Source of the DNA: a virus
Direction: 5' to 3' (one strand)
Length of the DNA stretch: 64,000 nt
IMG/VR virus record: IMGVR_UViG_3300030107_002709
Coordinates: 68,964-132,963 of that record
Shown here one piece after another: positions 38,070 to 49,840 of the stretch. Position 1 is the stretch's first letter; each line of letters starts with the position of its first letter. Position numbers and translations under genes: made by a program. A model generated the notes under the pieces. The model had not been told where the DNA came from. It searched no databases and saw only the letters and a program-made list of their open reading frames with translations.

Positions 38070-41000
38070 TTATACTTGTCTAACTACAGTTCCTGCAGTT
38101 TCAGTTGTTAGACCTGAAGGTTGAATACTATCTGAACTACCGTAATCAACGATAAAACGATCAGATAATTTTGAACTATAAGCGATACGGAACTTACCGA
38201 CTTGTATCACACCTGTTGCATCGAATGCAGCAGTAGTTGATACCATAACATTAGAGTCAGTCCAATCAAAATCACTGTCTAATATTGTTGCGGAAAGAAC
38301 TGCCGTTGTTGAAGTACCCATACCGATAGTAGGAGCATTGGTAGGAGTTGTTAACCTAACTGCACCAGTCATTGATAATGTATTATCAAGCTCAATCTGT
38401 TTGATTGAATGGGTCAACGATGTAGTTGTTCCCATTGCAGACTGTGTAATAGAATGTGGTATAGTCAAATGTATTTCTGTTGCTCCAACAGAAACCTTAT
38501 TATCCCGAATTAGTTGTTGAGTAACTTTAACTTGATCACTCTGAGAAGATGCTGCAGCAACACTATGAGTAAACTCATATGCTAACTGTGTTGCTTCCCC
38601 AACCAATGATGTAGTATTTAGATCACTAAGACCAGTTATAGTGTCTTCAAATTTACGGATGTATTTGGTATCGAACTGTCTAGTCTTCTTGATGATATCA
38701 TAACCACGAGAGACGTTAACAATAGGAGCAGCAGTATATCCACTACCACCAGATTCTAAAATAACATCAATAACATTACCACCATCAACAATAACATGTG
38801 CTTTAGCACCACCACCATTTAGATCAACTGGTTCAAATGTTAATACTGGTGGTGTATCATAATTATGAGCTTGTGGATTAGAACCAAGAACAGTTTTATT
38901 CCAATTCAATGATGTTACAGTATCTCCTGTAATAACTGCTTTAATATCAAGACCTTCTCCTTTAGTATCACCATTATAATTGCTAACAGAGATAACACCT
39001 ACGTTATCACCTATTTGCGTATCTTCAACATGACTCAATGATTTAGATTCTCTAGGAGTTAATTTGACTGTTCTATAATCAGTCTCACCATCGATCTTAA
39101 TATGATCACCAGGTTCTAATGAGGTTATAGTAGGTTTGACCCTATCATACAACCAAGATACACTATCCTTCCTAAGAATTCTACCACCATCAACATCATT
39201 ATATGTAACTGCTGTGGTAAGAGCAGATAAATCAACCTCAGTATAAGATGCAGTCTGAAGATCAGTATTTGCAGCAATTCTTAGAGGTTTGGTAAGATCA
39301 ATCTTAGGATTCTGAGCAATGAGAGTAACATCCCATCCACTAGCAGTTTGGTTATACTTCCTAACCATACCAATAGTTGTATACACGTCAGGTGTTGGGA
39401 AAGAGTTATCTGTAAATTGATAAACTACTGCACCATCTCTTACAGCTGAAATGAAAGTAGCATATTCTGCAGAACCACCAGTAACTGTAATAGTTACTTC
39501 ATTAAAGAAACGATCTGGTTCTACATTAAATGCATCTAATAACTGATCAATAGAAGTACCTGTTAATAGAACTATACCAACACTCTGACCTTTCTTTAAA
39601 GCTTGACTGAATGTAATACTAGACTCATTTATAGTATATGCAGTATTCCTCTTCTGTAATATCCCATCAATATAAACAAAAGCAAATCTATCATCATCAA
39701 CAACTACTACATCACCAGTCTTTTCATCTCTCATAATGAATGGTCCAGTAATAGATCCATTAAAGTTATCTTCTTGTAAACTCATCCTCACATAACCACC
39801 AATATTATGTGCAAAGAACTTATCTACAGCAAGAGGTTCTTGAACAGTTAATGTATTCAGATTCTGTTTCCACTTAGGTGCTTCTGAAAATAGAATTCTA
39901 TCAGGATCACTAGCACCAGCAGATCTCTTGATATAATAAGAATTCAATCTAGGGAACGTCTCATCATACTTAGCATTCTGGAAGATACCATTAATACCAA
40001 CTATAAGATTATGCTCAACCTCAGTTTTTACTGGTGTATTATCAGTATAATATAACTCAAACTCTTTATTTTCATTGTTGAAATAATCTGGTAGAGACTT
40101 AACTACAGTACTACCATTTAATATAGACTCAACATTCAAGAACAGAGAATTTAAAGCAGATACCACAGTATCACACTCTGTGAATACATTATCCTTAGCA
40201 AGGATGTTTATATTAGTTAATGTTCTTAAAGTAGTCCAGTTACCAGTTCTTTGATTATTATCTTCAACCTTAGTGAATAAGTTTGGACCCTTATTAATAG
40301 TTTTAGTAACTATTTGAATGTAACTATTCAATGCAGATTCTACTTCAGCACAAGTTGTTACGTAAGGACCATTAGGATCAGCAAGGACAGTAGCATCTTC
40401 ATAAGGAACAATAGTAGTATATGTGCCAGTTGGAAGATTGTTCTTCATTGCCTCAACCATAAGTTGAGTTGCTTTTGTGTAAGCAGCAATACTCTCTTCT
40501 TTCTGATCTACTATATGATTAAGTTTATTCTTGTAATAATATCTCTCGCCAAAATCAACAACATTCCAGTTACCACCATATCTTATATGGTATACCATTG
40601 CATCTATAAGATACTCAGTATCTCGTTGACACTTATCTTCATTAGGTATTACCAAGCTTGGATATGTTGCTTTTGTCCAACCAATAGTCTCTTCTGAAAT
40701 ATACTTCTTATTTCCTTCAATGAGCTTAGCAGCATCCATAAACTTACCATTATTAATTCTACTAAATGAGAAGGTCATCTCATCAATATTATTGATAGTG
40801 GAATAAACAGTTGTAGTTGCTCCAATGCCCACGTTTAGTACACCTGTACCAGTAACAGTAACAGGACCATAATTAGTGGTTCCACTATTATTAACAGTTG
40901 TACTAATATTCTGAGCTGGGTATGCAATGTTTGCTGCTTTGGAAACTTTAATCTGTGTAGAACTTAGTATCTCAGTAACTGTAGTACCTTCATCAAATTG

Positions 41001-44000
41001 ATTACCACTACTTACATTCATTCCTACACATATACCTAAAGTAGAAGGAAGTGTAACAACATCCTGTCCTTGAGATACGGTACAGTTCTTAACTGATATA
41101 TCCCAATTCCTTGCTGCAGCAATACACAAGTTCATAGTATATTTGTATATCTCAACAGCAGAAGCTTCTACAGTTGTCTCGTTGAAATACTCTGTTGCTG
41201 CATGATGAGAAGCACTATTACCACCAAATCTAAGATCGTGTTCGTAAGCATCTAAAATTAATCCAACATCTCTAACACACTTAGATTCTTTAGTATTCCA
41301 AGTTAAGTTAGGATACTTAGATTTACCATATCCAACTGCTTCTTCTTGGATGAAATTCCTATTAAAACGCAATTGATTAGCAGCATCAATCCATGTACCT
41401 TCTTTTTGGAAGATAGGTCTAATCTTTTTCAAATACTGAAGATTCTTGGAAGCTTCCTTAAATTGGAATAATCTTCCAATAAACTTAGTTGCTGAAATTG
41501 TATTATTACCTTCTTGTCTAGTACCAAATGGTGCTGCAGCAAAAGTAATCTTATCACCAGATACAGTATAAGCAGTCTCTGGCTCTTGTAATACTGCATC
41601 TAATGTTATGGTTAAAGCCATAGCATTATATGGAGTTATTGGATTGTTAGTAGCAGCATCAACAATAGTAAATTCTCTTGTACCAGAGATATTACCATAC
41701 TGATCAAAAGTACCATCAAATGCTGGAGTGAGTTTAATCTCTTTAGCAATTAATCCAGATGTATCACTTGCTTTCTCTGTGAGAGATCCATTACCTCTTA
41801 ATACATTAATATCCTTAGATAAGTTTACAATAGTTTGATGATATCTTTTACTATCAACAATACTTGCATTATTACTATCCTTATCCCAAAGCTTAAGTGT
41901 TGAAACTTGAGTAGTCTTAGAATTATTACTTACCTTTACATCTACCTTCGCATCTATATTAAGCTCACCAAACATCTTAAATCCAGCTGGATGAACTGAG
42001 TCCTTAATAAGATCTCTCCAGTCTTCTATTTGTGTCTTAGACTCGATAACATAAGAATAATCCTGATAGAATTTATTATCTGCTATCTTGTGAGTTCTTA
42101 CACCAACTTTACCTTTATCAGAAGTATAAGTACCAAGATTATCATAATACGATCTTAGATCAGTAGAAAACTCTGCCTTCTGAACAGAAACTATTGTGCC
42201 AGTTGAATTACTGGCACTACCAGTAAGAGTTTGACCTACAATAAATTCACCTTTAGTTACAGATACCTTAAGAATATTAGATCCAATTCTCCATCCACCA
42301 TTAGTAACATTACCCTCTGCAAGTCCAGAGGTTACCTTTTCTCCACTTAAGAAATCATCTGTTGTGTCTAAAATAATAACATCACTTGCCTTATGCTTTC
42401 TTAATATTGAAGTATCATTCCAAATTCCAGATCCATTAAATTCAAGTTGTACATTCTTTGGAGATCCTATAGAAGAACCCAAAGCAAATATTCTAATATC
42501 ACCTTCAACAACCTTAAGCTCTGGTTTGTATGTGTAATTCTTTCCTTTGTTTGTTACAATAACATTTGCTATTCTGTTATCAGCAGTTTTTAAAACATCA
42601 AACCTTGCTTCGGATCCATCACCATCAACTACAACAACTTTTGGTTTAGAGTAATTGAATCCAGCTTTGTTGATTGTAACACCAACAATATTCTTTTCTA
42701 CAGGATCCCATTGTGCAGTAACATCAGCAGTTCTACTGCTATCTAATTCTGCTCCTAATACACCAGGAACTTTTCTGTAACCAGAACCAAGATTAGATAC
42801 CTCAACTTCAGCAATACCACCAGTTGCACCTTTAGATTTCGTAGTATACTTGATATTCCCAGTTCCATACCATTCAGGATTTTCTGTTAACTCATAGACA
42901 AACCTATCAGTTGTAACAAATGATACTTTAACTCCTGTACCAGTAGACTGGGTAGAAGATGTAAGTGCATCAGAAATTAATTTCTGCCCTTGTAATGGAT
43001 CATTGATAAGCTCAATATAATTGTTATTATCAACAATACTTGTAGTTGGACCAATTCTTATTTGCTTAGTTCCATCTACCATTGTTCTCACTACAGACTT
43101 ATAGTAATACCTTTGATAAGATCTAGGTACTCTCTTAGTCAATATACCATTAAGATCAACATCACCAATTCTAGGACCATATCCAAACTTCACATATGAG
43201 TAAGAACCTGCAGTACCAGGAGTACCAATATTAACAACTTCTGGTGCAATAATATTATCATTCTGACTAGGAGATATAATAAACTCAGATTCACCATTTG
43301 TGTAATGACTTAGATCAAATCTATATTGATAATACTCTTGTATCTTAAGGTTGGGTGATATTTCATATGGACCAGAAACAGATGAAGATATCTTTGTTAC
43401 AATCTTATAATCTGTAACAATATCAATATCAATTAATTTCTTAGGTTCACTCTCATCAAACAGTGTAGCTTGATCTGTAATCTTATATGGAGTAAAGTCT
43501 CCATTCGCAAAGAATCCTTGATTGTGTTCTACAATCAGTTTGTTATTATCATATGAAATGATTGTAGGATCTAATGATGTACCTGTAACAGGAAGCAATT
43601 CACCAACAGTGAATCTATAATTAGATCCATATAATGTAACAACTTCATTGTCGAAATGATCTATATCACTAGTATTATTCTGTGCCCTTGTGACAGTTAC
43701 TGATTTGGTAGACTCTGATATAGAGTTTACCTTAACAATCTCATCACCTATTGATAGAAGATCATTTTTTGATAACCCACTAATAGAATCTAATTTTAAT
43801 ACAGTCTCACCAGTAGCGAATCCAATATGATCGACTACTAAACGTAGACGTTGAGTATTAGTAGAAGCACCTGATCTGTTTAATGATGTATCCTCAACAG
43901 TAAGAATATCACCCTTTCTATAACTAGATCCTTTAGTTGTAATAACAACAGATTCTACATATCCCAATCCTGTGCTATCAACATTCTTCACAACTATAGT

Positions 44001-47000
44001 TGCTTTTGCATTATTGGAGTCGCCGACTTTCCCTAAATCAGTTCTAGCAGCATTCTGATCAACAAATATAAGCTCTACATCTTCATATGTGTTTGCTGCA
44101 TAATCAGCACCAGAATTAACCAAATCAGATCTTCCCAATCCAGGATCATCAATCTGTGTTGATAATGTTAGTGATTTGATATCAATCTCTTGTGTTGCTC
44201 CTAATTGAACATAGTAAGTTGTTGTTGAGATAGAATCATCAGGATCTATTTCAACATATACAACATCTCCTACACCAAGTGCATGATCACCATCAGTTTC
44301 AACTAATGCAATATTTGTATTAACAATGAATGGTATTAAACCTGTACTTAAACTTGTAGTTGATAAGATCTCTGCACCAACTGTGTTTAGTAGATTGTTA
44401 CTTCTAAGAAAGTATCCTGCCTGTTGTGCAAAAGTACCAGTCAACACTTTAAGCTTAACAGAATTTCTCTTATCAGTAGTTTCAATTACTTCACCTGTTG
44501 CTATTACAGAATCGGATTTGTTAACAGTACCATTAGTTAACTCTACAATCGCACCAGCAGTGAATGTAGCATTTGTATTGAGGATGATATTAATACTAAG
44601 TGTTGTGGAGTCAAATAAACCTGTTTGATCAAATGTTCCCGTAACATCTTCTAAAACTAAGATCTTACCATCAAGAACATCACCAACAACTTTACCAGAT
44701 ACTCCAGATGATGTTTGTGTTATGGTATCTCCACCAAAGACATAACAATTTTCCGTAATCTGAACTTTAGCTACTCTCTTTGCATCCGTAGCTTGTAGTT
44801 CTTCTACAGTATTTCCTTTAACTGCTGAAATGGTTCCAGCAGCATCTACACCACCAGTACCAGTATCATCTAGAACAATAGATGAACCAACTTTAAAATT
44901 ATCAGATGAGCTGTATACCTGAAATGCGTCTAAACTACCAGAAGAAACGTCTTTAACAACTCCCCTAGTCTTACGACCATTATCAGGTGTATCGACCCCA
45001 CGGAGGCGTACAGCGTCCAATGGGAGATCATTCTGTGTTTGATTCTGATCGTAGTTAGCAGCAAGAGGCAAAGAATAGAAATTCTCACCAATCAGATATG
45101 GAAATTCTGGATCACCTAGATTATCAAATGTCGCAAAATATGCGTATGTTCCATTCGGATATTCTGGTGTTACACAATATCTTCCGTTATTCCTATCTAC
45201 AGTTCCGTATCTATCTGCGTAATAATAATCTTGTATGAATGATCCTAGCGGATATGTAACAAGAGATGGTCCATTTGGTCTAGTTCCATACTTCAAATAT
45301 CCTGATTGCATCCTCACAACGCTACTAGAAGAATCTACAGGATCAGAATATCCGTAAGGACCGTATATAGGGTTACCATCATACGCAAATCCAATGATAG
45401 GAGAATGATTAGTTCCCGTATCATTTCCTCTAAGTGTTGGTGGATATGATACAGTACCATAATTTTGGAACCCTCTATCATTAAGATGAGAGATTCCCCA
45501 TTCAGAATCTAATATCTCTTCTACAAATCTATTCTTAATCCACTCATATATTGAAGAACTTGCAAGTGCACCAGAACCACTTGGTATGACTTGGATTACA
45601 ACATTTCCTTCACTATAGAAAGATCCACCATTTACTTTAGTGCATCCAGATATTTGTCCAGTAGCAGATACTTGAGCAGTATATTCTGCATATCTACCTC
45701 TTCCTAGAGCATCAACTATTCTAATAGTTGGAGGAGCAGAATAATATTCACCAGGATCAGTAACTACTAAGCTTGTTATTGCTCCTTGTGTGATAACAGG
45801 TGTTAATACCGCATTCCTACCAGATACTATTTCAACAATAGGAGCAGCAGTATACGAACCAGCATCATCTATTCTAACAGACTCAACTACAGTACCAGAC
45901 AACACAGCAGTTGCCTTATATGGTTCACTATTAACAAGTACATAAGGAGGTCTGGAATAACCACTTCCTTGTGTAGTAACATCTATCTTGGTAAGACCAC
46001 CATAAAACACGCCATCTTGATGCTTATGGGTATATACTAGAGATCCATCTACTAGAATACCAAAATCTTTTCTTGGAGTCTTGTATACCTCAGTAGTTGT
46101 GATAGCATTCTTTCTAATAGTTCTTAAGAAGGATTGCTCGACAACTGTCTTTGTAGCAGGTATTGTCTGATTAAAGAACATAGTCCTATTAACAGGTACA
46201 CCACTAGTACAGATATAATAATTGTTATCATCACTAAAGATTCTCTGTATACCAGGTATAACATCATTTACAGATGCTTGTGTTCTGGGATCTCCTGATA
46301 GTGCAGTATAATTAGCAGCATCATTAGGTAACCATCTAACAGTACCATCAGTTTTCTTAATTTTAGGATCAACTGTATCAAATCCAGAATCTTCTACTAC
46401 TAAAGGTTCACCCTCAATACCATATGGTGTTGAAGTAGTAGGTGATAAATTATAAACTACACCAAGTGCTATAAATTCAACATTATTTCCTTTAACTCTA
46501 TTATCACTATAAACTGATGATCCTTTATTATGAGTTCTAGTTAATTTCCTATTCTTAATTTTAAATTGACGTATAGTTTTATTGGAATACTCAATAACCT
46601 CACCATCTATAAATATCCTCCCTTCTTTCTCCCATCCAAAAGTAGAATCAACATCTATAACATCTCCTGTTTGATCAGCAGAATCAATTGCTTTTTTAAG
46701 AGTAGTCTTGCTTGCTATAGTAAACTGATTGTTAATTGTAGATGGAGCAAGAATCAATTCCCATACAACAGCACCATCAACAGGTTCTAATTTCTTTATG
46801 TTATCTACTACTGCTGAAGCATAGTTATCTCCAGTCTCAGTAATAACCTTACCAATTAAATCTCTAGGATTACCACTTGTAACAACTACCTTTAAAGCAT
46901 GGACATTAATCCAATCAGACTCTGATGATTTAAGTGTAGTATCCTTTGGAAAATAAACATCATTATCTTCACTACTTACAAGAGAATTGAAGATAAACTG

Positions 47001-47609
47001 AATAGAACGCTTAGTACCCTTTGATTTGTAGAAAGAAGAGATGTTCTTTATAAGGGTTCTCTTATCGATCTCACCACGCAAGTACTTCTCAGGTATACCA
47101 GCAAGATATTCTGACTCAAAGCTCTGTATAAGGGCATACAAGAACAGATTACTAAGGTTTTCTACCTTAACATCTGCTGCATGTGTACCTGCAGTAGTAG
47201 AAACGTATGTACTGAGCTTATAAAGATCTCCAAGTTCAGTATTACCACTTACACCCCTAGCAACACCATTAAACTGATTAGATGTCTTTGATGCATAGAA
47301 GAATATCTCATCATCAATTTTAGCAAGTCCACTATCAGGGAACCCTTCAGTCGATAGTACATTTATACTAGTATCTGAGATCCCAGTTATACCAACGGTT
47401 TTCGAGGACTGTGTTAGAACCTCTTTATCGTAATAATTAATATCACGATATTTTGTTAAATTTGTAATAATGTCTAAAACACCACCACTAAGCTCTTGTT
47501 GAGCATAGTAAGATTTGAGGAACTTAACGAAGTACTCATAGTCCTCTACGATGAATCCAGGTAACTGACTTTCAATCAGTGCCGAGATATTTTTAGACTT
47601 TACGTTCAT
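38070..47609 (-). CDS. gp7: Baseplate wedge initiator (T4 gp7-like, 3179 aa)
   Basis: IESQLP.FI...Y..FV.FL..YY, FY.SKGT, YQDYSYVI.S and HPAGFKMFG motifs; internal HSPIIGFAYDGNPIYGPYG (YHYH-like) segment; lies between gp6 and gp8. Confidence 0.88.
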   Translation of the reverse strand: MNVKSKNISALIESQLPGFIVEDYEYFVKFLKSYYAQQELSGGVLDIITNLTKYRDINYYDKEVLTQSSKTVGITGISDTSINVLSTEGFPDSGLAKIDDEIFFYASKTSNQFNGVARGVSGNTELGDLYKLSTYVSTTAGTHAADVKVENLSNLFLYALIQSFESEYLAGIPEKYLRGEIDKRTLIKNISSFYKSKGTKRSIQFIFNSLVSSEDNDVYFPKDTTLKSSESDWINVHALKVVVTSGNPRDLIGKVITETGDNYASAVVDNIKKLEPVDGAVVWELILAPSTINNQFTIASKTTLKKAIDSADQTGDVIDVDSTFGWEKEGRIFIDGEVIEYSNKTIRQFKIKNRKLTRTHNKGSSVYSDNRVKGNNVEFIALGVVYNLSPTTSTPYGIEGEPLVVEDSGFDTVDPKIKKTDGTVRWLPNDAANYTALSGDPRTQASVNDVIPGIQRIFSDDNNYYICTSGVPVNRTMFFNQTIPATKTVVEQSFLRTIRKNAITTTEVYKTPRKDFGILVDGSLVYTHKHQDGVFYGGLTKIDVTTQGSGYSRPPYVLVNSEPYKATAVLSGTVVESVRIDDAGSYTAAPIVEIVSGRNAVLTPVITQGAITSLVVTDPGEYYSAPPTIRIVDALGRGRYAEYTAQVSATGQISGCTKVNGGSFYSEGNVVIQVIPSGSGALASSSIYEWIKNRFVEEILDSEWGISHLNDRGFQNYGTVSYPPTLRGNDTGTNHSPIIGFAYDGNPIYGPYGYSDPVDSSSSVVRMQSGYLKYGTRPNGPSLVTYPLGSFIQDYYYADRYGTVDRNNGRYCVTPEYPNGTYAYFATFDNLGDPEFPYLIGENFYSLPLAANYDQNQTQNDLPLDAVRLRGVDTPDNGRKTRGVVKDVSSGSLDAFQVYSSSDNFKVGSSIVLDDTGTGGVDAAGTISAVKGNTVEELQATDAKRVAKVQITENCYVFGGDTITQTSSGVSGKVVGDVLDGKILVLEDVTGTFDQTGLFDSTTLSINIILNTNATFTAGAIVELTNGTVNKSDSVIATGEVIETTDKRNSVKLKVLTGTFAQQAGYFLRSNNLLNTVGAEILSTTSLSTGLIPFIVNTNIALVETDGDHALGVGDVVYVEIDPDDSISTTTYYVQLGATQEIDIKSLTLSTQIDDPGLGRSDLVNSGADYAANTYEDVELIFVDQNAARTDLGKVGDSNNAKATIVVKNVDSTGLGYVESVVITTKGSSYRKGDILTVEDTSLNRSGASTNTQRLRLVVDHIGFATGETVLKLDSISGLSKNDLLSIGDEIVKVNSISESTKSVTVTRAQNNTSDIDHFDNEVVTLYGSNYRFTVGELLPVTGTSLDPTIISYDNNKLIVEHNQGFFANGDFTPYKITDQATLFDESEPKKLIDIDIVTDYKIVTKISSSVSGPYEISPNLKIQEYYQYRFDLSHYTNGESEFIISPSQNDNIIAPEVVNIGTPGTAGSYSYVKFGYGPRIGDVDLNGILTKRVPRSYQRYYYKSVVRTMVDGTKQIRIGPTTSIVDNNNYIELINDPLQGQKLISDALTSSTQSTGTGVKVSFVTTDRFVYELTENPEWYGTGNIKYTTKSKGATGGIAEVEVSNLGSGYRKVPGVLGAELDSSRTADVTAQWDPVEKNIVGVTINKAGFNYSKPKVVVVDGDGSEARFDVLKTADNRIANVIVTNKGKNYTYKPELKVVEGDIRIFALGSSIGSPKNVQLEFNGSGIWNDTSILRKHKASDVIILDTTDDFLSGEKVTSGLAEGNVTNGGWRIGSNILKVSVTKGEFIVGQTLTGSASNSTGTIVSVQKAEFSTDLRSYYDNLGTYTSDKGKVGVRTHKIADNKFYQDYSYVIESKTQIEDWRDLIKDSVHPAGFKMFGELNIDAKVDVKVSNNSKTTQVSTLKLWDKDSNNASIVDSKRYHQTIVNLSKDINVLRGNGSLTEKASDTSGLIAKEIKLTPAFDGTFDQYGNISGTREFTIVDAATNNPITPYNAMALTITLDAVLQEPETAYTVSGDKITFAAAPFGTRQEGNNTISATKFIGRLFQFKEASKNLQYLKKIRPIFQKEGTWIDAANQLRFNRNFIQEEAVGYGKSKYPNLTWNTKESKCVRDVGLILDAYEHDLRFGGNSASHHAATEYFNETTVEASAVEIYKYTMNLCIAAARNWDISVKNCTVSQGQDVVTLPSTLGICVGMNVSSGNQFDEGTTVTEILSSTQIKVSKAANIAYPAQNISTTVNNSGTTNYGPVTVTGTGVLNVGIGATTTVYSTINNIDEMTFSFSRINNGKFMDAAKLIEGNKKYISEETIGWTKATYPSLVIPNEDKCQRDTEYLIDAMVYHIRYGGNWNVVDFGERYYYKNKLNHIVDQKEESIAAYTKATQLMVEAMKNNLPTGTYTTIVPYEDATVLADPNGPYVTTCAEVESALNSYIQIVTKTINKGPNLFTKVEDNNQRTGNWTTLRTLTNINILAKDNVFTECDTVVSALNSLFLNVESILNGSTVVKSLPDYFNNENKEFELYYTDNTPVKTEVEHNLIVGINGIFQNAKYDETFPRLNSYYIKRSAGASDPDRILFSEAPKWKQNLNTLTVQEPLAVDKFFAHNIGGYVRMSLQEDNFNGSITGPFIMRDEKTGDVVVVDDDRFAFVYIDGILQKRNTAYTINESSITFSQALKKGQSVGIVLLTGTSIDQLLDAFNVEPDRFFNEVTITVTGGSAEYATFISAVRDGAVVYQFTDNSFPTPDVYTTIGMVRKYNQTASGWDVTLIAQNPKIDLTKPLRIAANTDLQTASYTEVDLSALTTAVTYNDVDGGRILRKDSVSWLYDRVKPTITSLEPGDHIKIDGETDYRTVKLTPRESKSLSHVEDTQIGDNVGVISVSNYNGDTKGEGLDIKAVITGDTVTSLNWNKTVLGSNPQAHNYDTPPVLTFEPVDLNGGGAKAHVIVDGGNVIDVILESGGSGYTAAPIVNVSRGYDIIKKTRQFDTKYIRKFEDTITGLSDLNTTSLVGEATQLAYEFTHSVAAASSQSDQVKVTQQLIRDNKVSVGATEIHLTIPHSITQSAMGTTTSLTHSIKQIELDNTLSMTGAVRLTTPTNAPTIGMGTSTTAVLSATILDSDFDWTDSNVMVSTTAAFDATGVIQVGKFRIAYSSKLSDRFIVDYGSSDSIQPSGLTTETAGTVVRQV

Positions 47610-49414
47610 TCTGGAACTGCACTAAAGTTGGATTTGGAAATATCAACATCAAGATATAGTTCTCGTACAGCATCTACATCTCTTGATGCAGGTTCTACAC
47701 GGATTTCAATTTTATTATCATTAAAACTTCCCTTAATAATAGTAAGATCATATAATTTAATTTCACCATGAGTGTAATCAATATCACCTACACCTTTCTT
47801 AAGGTATACTTTCTCACCAGTAAGAGAATTCAGTCTATATAGGTCTATTTTACCGAAGGTATCATCCTCCAAATACACTGTGAAGGAAGGATACTCACTA
47901 ACTACGAAACCAGTTGACTTCATTACTGATGCATCACAAGAATCTTTAAACTCATTTACAAAACAAAGTTCATAATAATAAGTAGAATTTAATATAGGAT
48001 AGAAATCCTTTCTAAGGGTTACATTAGTAATGTTTGAATTAATGGAACCATCAGCACCATCTATAACTGATGCAAATCTACTATGACGGAATCTACCATT
48101 AAACTTTTCTGTCTCTGCAGAAGCAATGTAATCTTCAACTGCTTTAATAACTTTAGATTGAATTTCTACTTTACTTAAAGTGGTCTTGGAAGTTTTGAAA
48201 CTTATTGTTGAATTAAGTTCGATATAAAGAATAGAAGGATCAACAATTACAGGTGTAACAGAAGCAACTGAATAATTCTTTAAAGCTTTAACTATTTCAT
48301 TTTTAGTATATGATGAAATAGTACTAGCATTATCTGGTTTAATTGCGATCTTTACTTTTCCAAATTCAGGAGGATTATCTTCCTCTCCACCGAATGTAAT
48401 GATATCTGATATAGAAGCATAAACCTTCTTAATAATAGAAACATAGTCATCTGCTGTAACTGCCCTGTCCTGAGTCGCAAAACTCTTTGGAGCCTGTTTC
48501 TTGATGGAAGAGACTGATTCTGGATTAGCACCTCCTGTAGAGGCATTTACGAGGGTTACAGAGGTTCCATATGGAAAGCTATTACTAGGATTGAGTTTAT
48601 CATGTATCAAACCAGAAAAATTAAATGTCTTTGCTCCATTCGTAGTATCTGCAGATGTAGTAAGATAAGTTATCTCTACAAAACTTCCATTATCTAACTT
48701 TTTACCGAATACTCCATCACCAAAAAATATTTCATAATTCTCATCTTCTATTTCTTCTACGAAATAGACTTCCGATGTACCATCAAGGTTTAAAATGTTC
48801 TCTGCACTACTAAATGTTAAGAAAGATGTATCTCCTTGCTGTTTATACACCTTTACACGGATACTTGATACATCTGTACCAGTATTATTGATAATAAAAC
48901 GCTGATTTTTAAGAGCAGTATTAATTGTGTAAGACTGAGTTAATAAAGTACCTTGATATATGTCGATTCCCTCATATGTTGCTGTATTATTAACAAGAGG
49001 AGCTTCCTGATCTTCAATTACGACATATTGATATAGAGTATCATCGTAATTAGTAACAAATCCTGTTCCTTGCTTTAGTACAAGTGTATCAGGAGTAACA
49101 CCACTACCTTGATAATCAACTACAAAATCAACAGTTGCTTTTGGAGCAGTTGCTGATCTAGGTCTATACCCAATTTGCTTTGCTAAGCTTACAACATTGT
49201 CTCTTAGAGTAGCGGAATCAAGAAACATCTCATTTACCACCATATTGGTGTTAAATGCTGTATAATAAGTGTTGTATGCTAAAACATCTAAAAACGTAGT
49301 GATAGCAGACCCTTCAAAGTCATAGTCAGTAAAATCTGACTGTGCTCTCATGTAGTCTTTAAGTGCGGCCTTAATATCCGCAAAGTCTAAATTAGCAACT
49401 TGAGTATAAGGCAT
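47606..49414 (-). CDS. gp6: Baseplate wedge subunit (T4 gp6-like)
   Basis: LDF..IK..LK.Y...Q..FTDYDFEGS, LAYNTYY, FGDG..GK and RAVTADDY motifs. Confidence 0.94.
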   Translation of the reverse strand: MPYTQVANLDFADIKAALKDYMRAQSDFTDYDFEGSAITTFLDVLAYNTYYTAFNTNMVVNEMFLDSATLRDNVVSLAKQIGYRPRSATAPKATVDFVVDYQGSGVTPDTLVLKQGTGFVTNYDDTLYQYVVIEDQEAPLVNNTATYEGIDIYQGTLLTQSYTINTALKNQRFIINNTGTDVSSIRVKVYKQQGDTSFLTFSSAENILNLDGTSEVYFVEEIEDENYEIFFGDGVFGKKLDNGSFVEITYLTTSADTTNGAKTFNFSGLIHDKLNPSNSFPYGTSVTLVNASTGGANPESVSSIKKQAPKSFATQDRAVTADDYVSIIKKVYASISDIITFGGEEDNPPEFGKVKIAIKPDNASTISSYTKNEIVKALKNYSVASVTPVIVDPSILYIELNSTISFKTSKTTLSKVEIQSKVIKAVEDYIASAETEKFNGRFRHSRFASVIDGADGSINSNITNVTLRKDFYPILNSTYYYELCFVNEFKDSCDASVMKSTGFVVSEYPSFTVYLEDDTFGKIDLYRLNSLTGEKVYLKKGVGDIDYTHGEIKLYDLTIIKGSFNDNKIEIRVEPASRDVDAVRELYLDVDISKSNFSAVPE

Positions 49415-49812
49415 TATCGGGTACGATTAAGGAAGAACTCAATATCTTGAGGTGGAAGATCATCTCTACCTGTAATAGAGAAAGCTAGATGCACTTCAAA
49501 TCCATTCTGATCAAAATCAGGCATTACACTAAGTTGTAGTATATTAATCCTAGGTTCATATTCGACTAAGCAATCTTCTACCGCAGTCTGAACAAGACCT
49601 GCTGTAGCATAGTCTAGTGGTTCAAACAAATAGCTACGGACATCAGATCCAAAGTTACTGTCATATAATCTTTCTCCCTTCTCTGTAAGAAGGATATTTA
49701 TTACCGCTTGTTTAATAGCAGCATTCTCCTTCTTCACAAGTAGATCATTCGTGATCTTATTTCTTGTGAAAGAAAGAGAAAAGTCCTTAAACTTTGTAAC
49801 GGTAGGCATCAA
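49414..49812 (-). CDS. gp25: Baseplate wedge / sheath initiator (T4 gp25-like)
   Basis: AIKQAV.NILLT..GER.Y...FGS....LFE and YEPRI motifs. Confidence 0.92.
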   Translation of the reverse strand: MMPTVTKFKDFSLSFTRNKITNDLLVKKENAAIKQAVINILLTEKGERLYDSNFGSDVRSYLFEPLDYATAGLVQTAVEDCLVEYEPRINILQLSVMPDFDQNGFEVHLAFSITGRDDLPPQDIEFFLNRTR

Positions 49813-49840
49813 GCATAGTTTGAGTAATATATTATGTATA

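Noticed and set aside
8849-48546. Many 60-180 aa alternative-frame and antisense ORFs inside the large structural genes
   Set aside because: They are shadows of biased codon usage, with no RBS or motifs, and fully overlap well-supported genes
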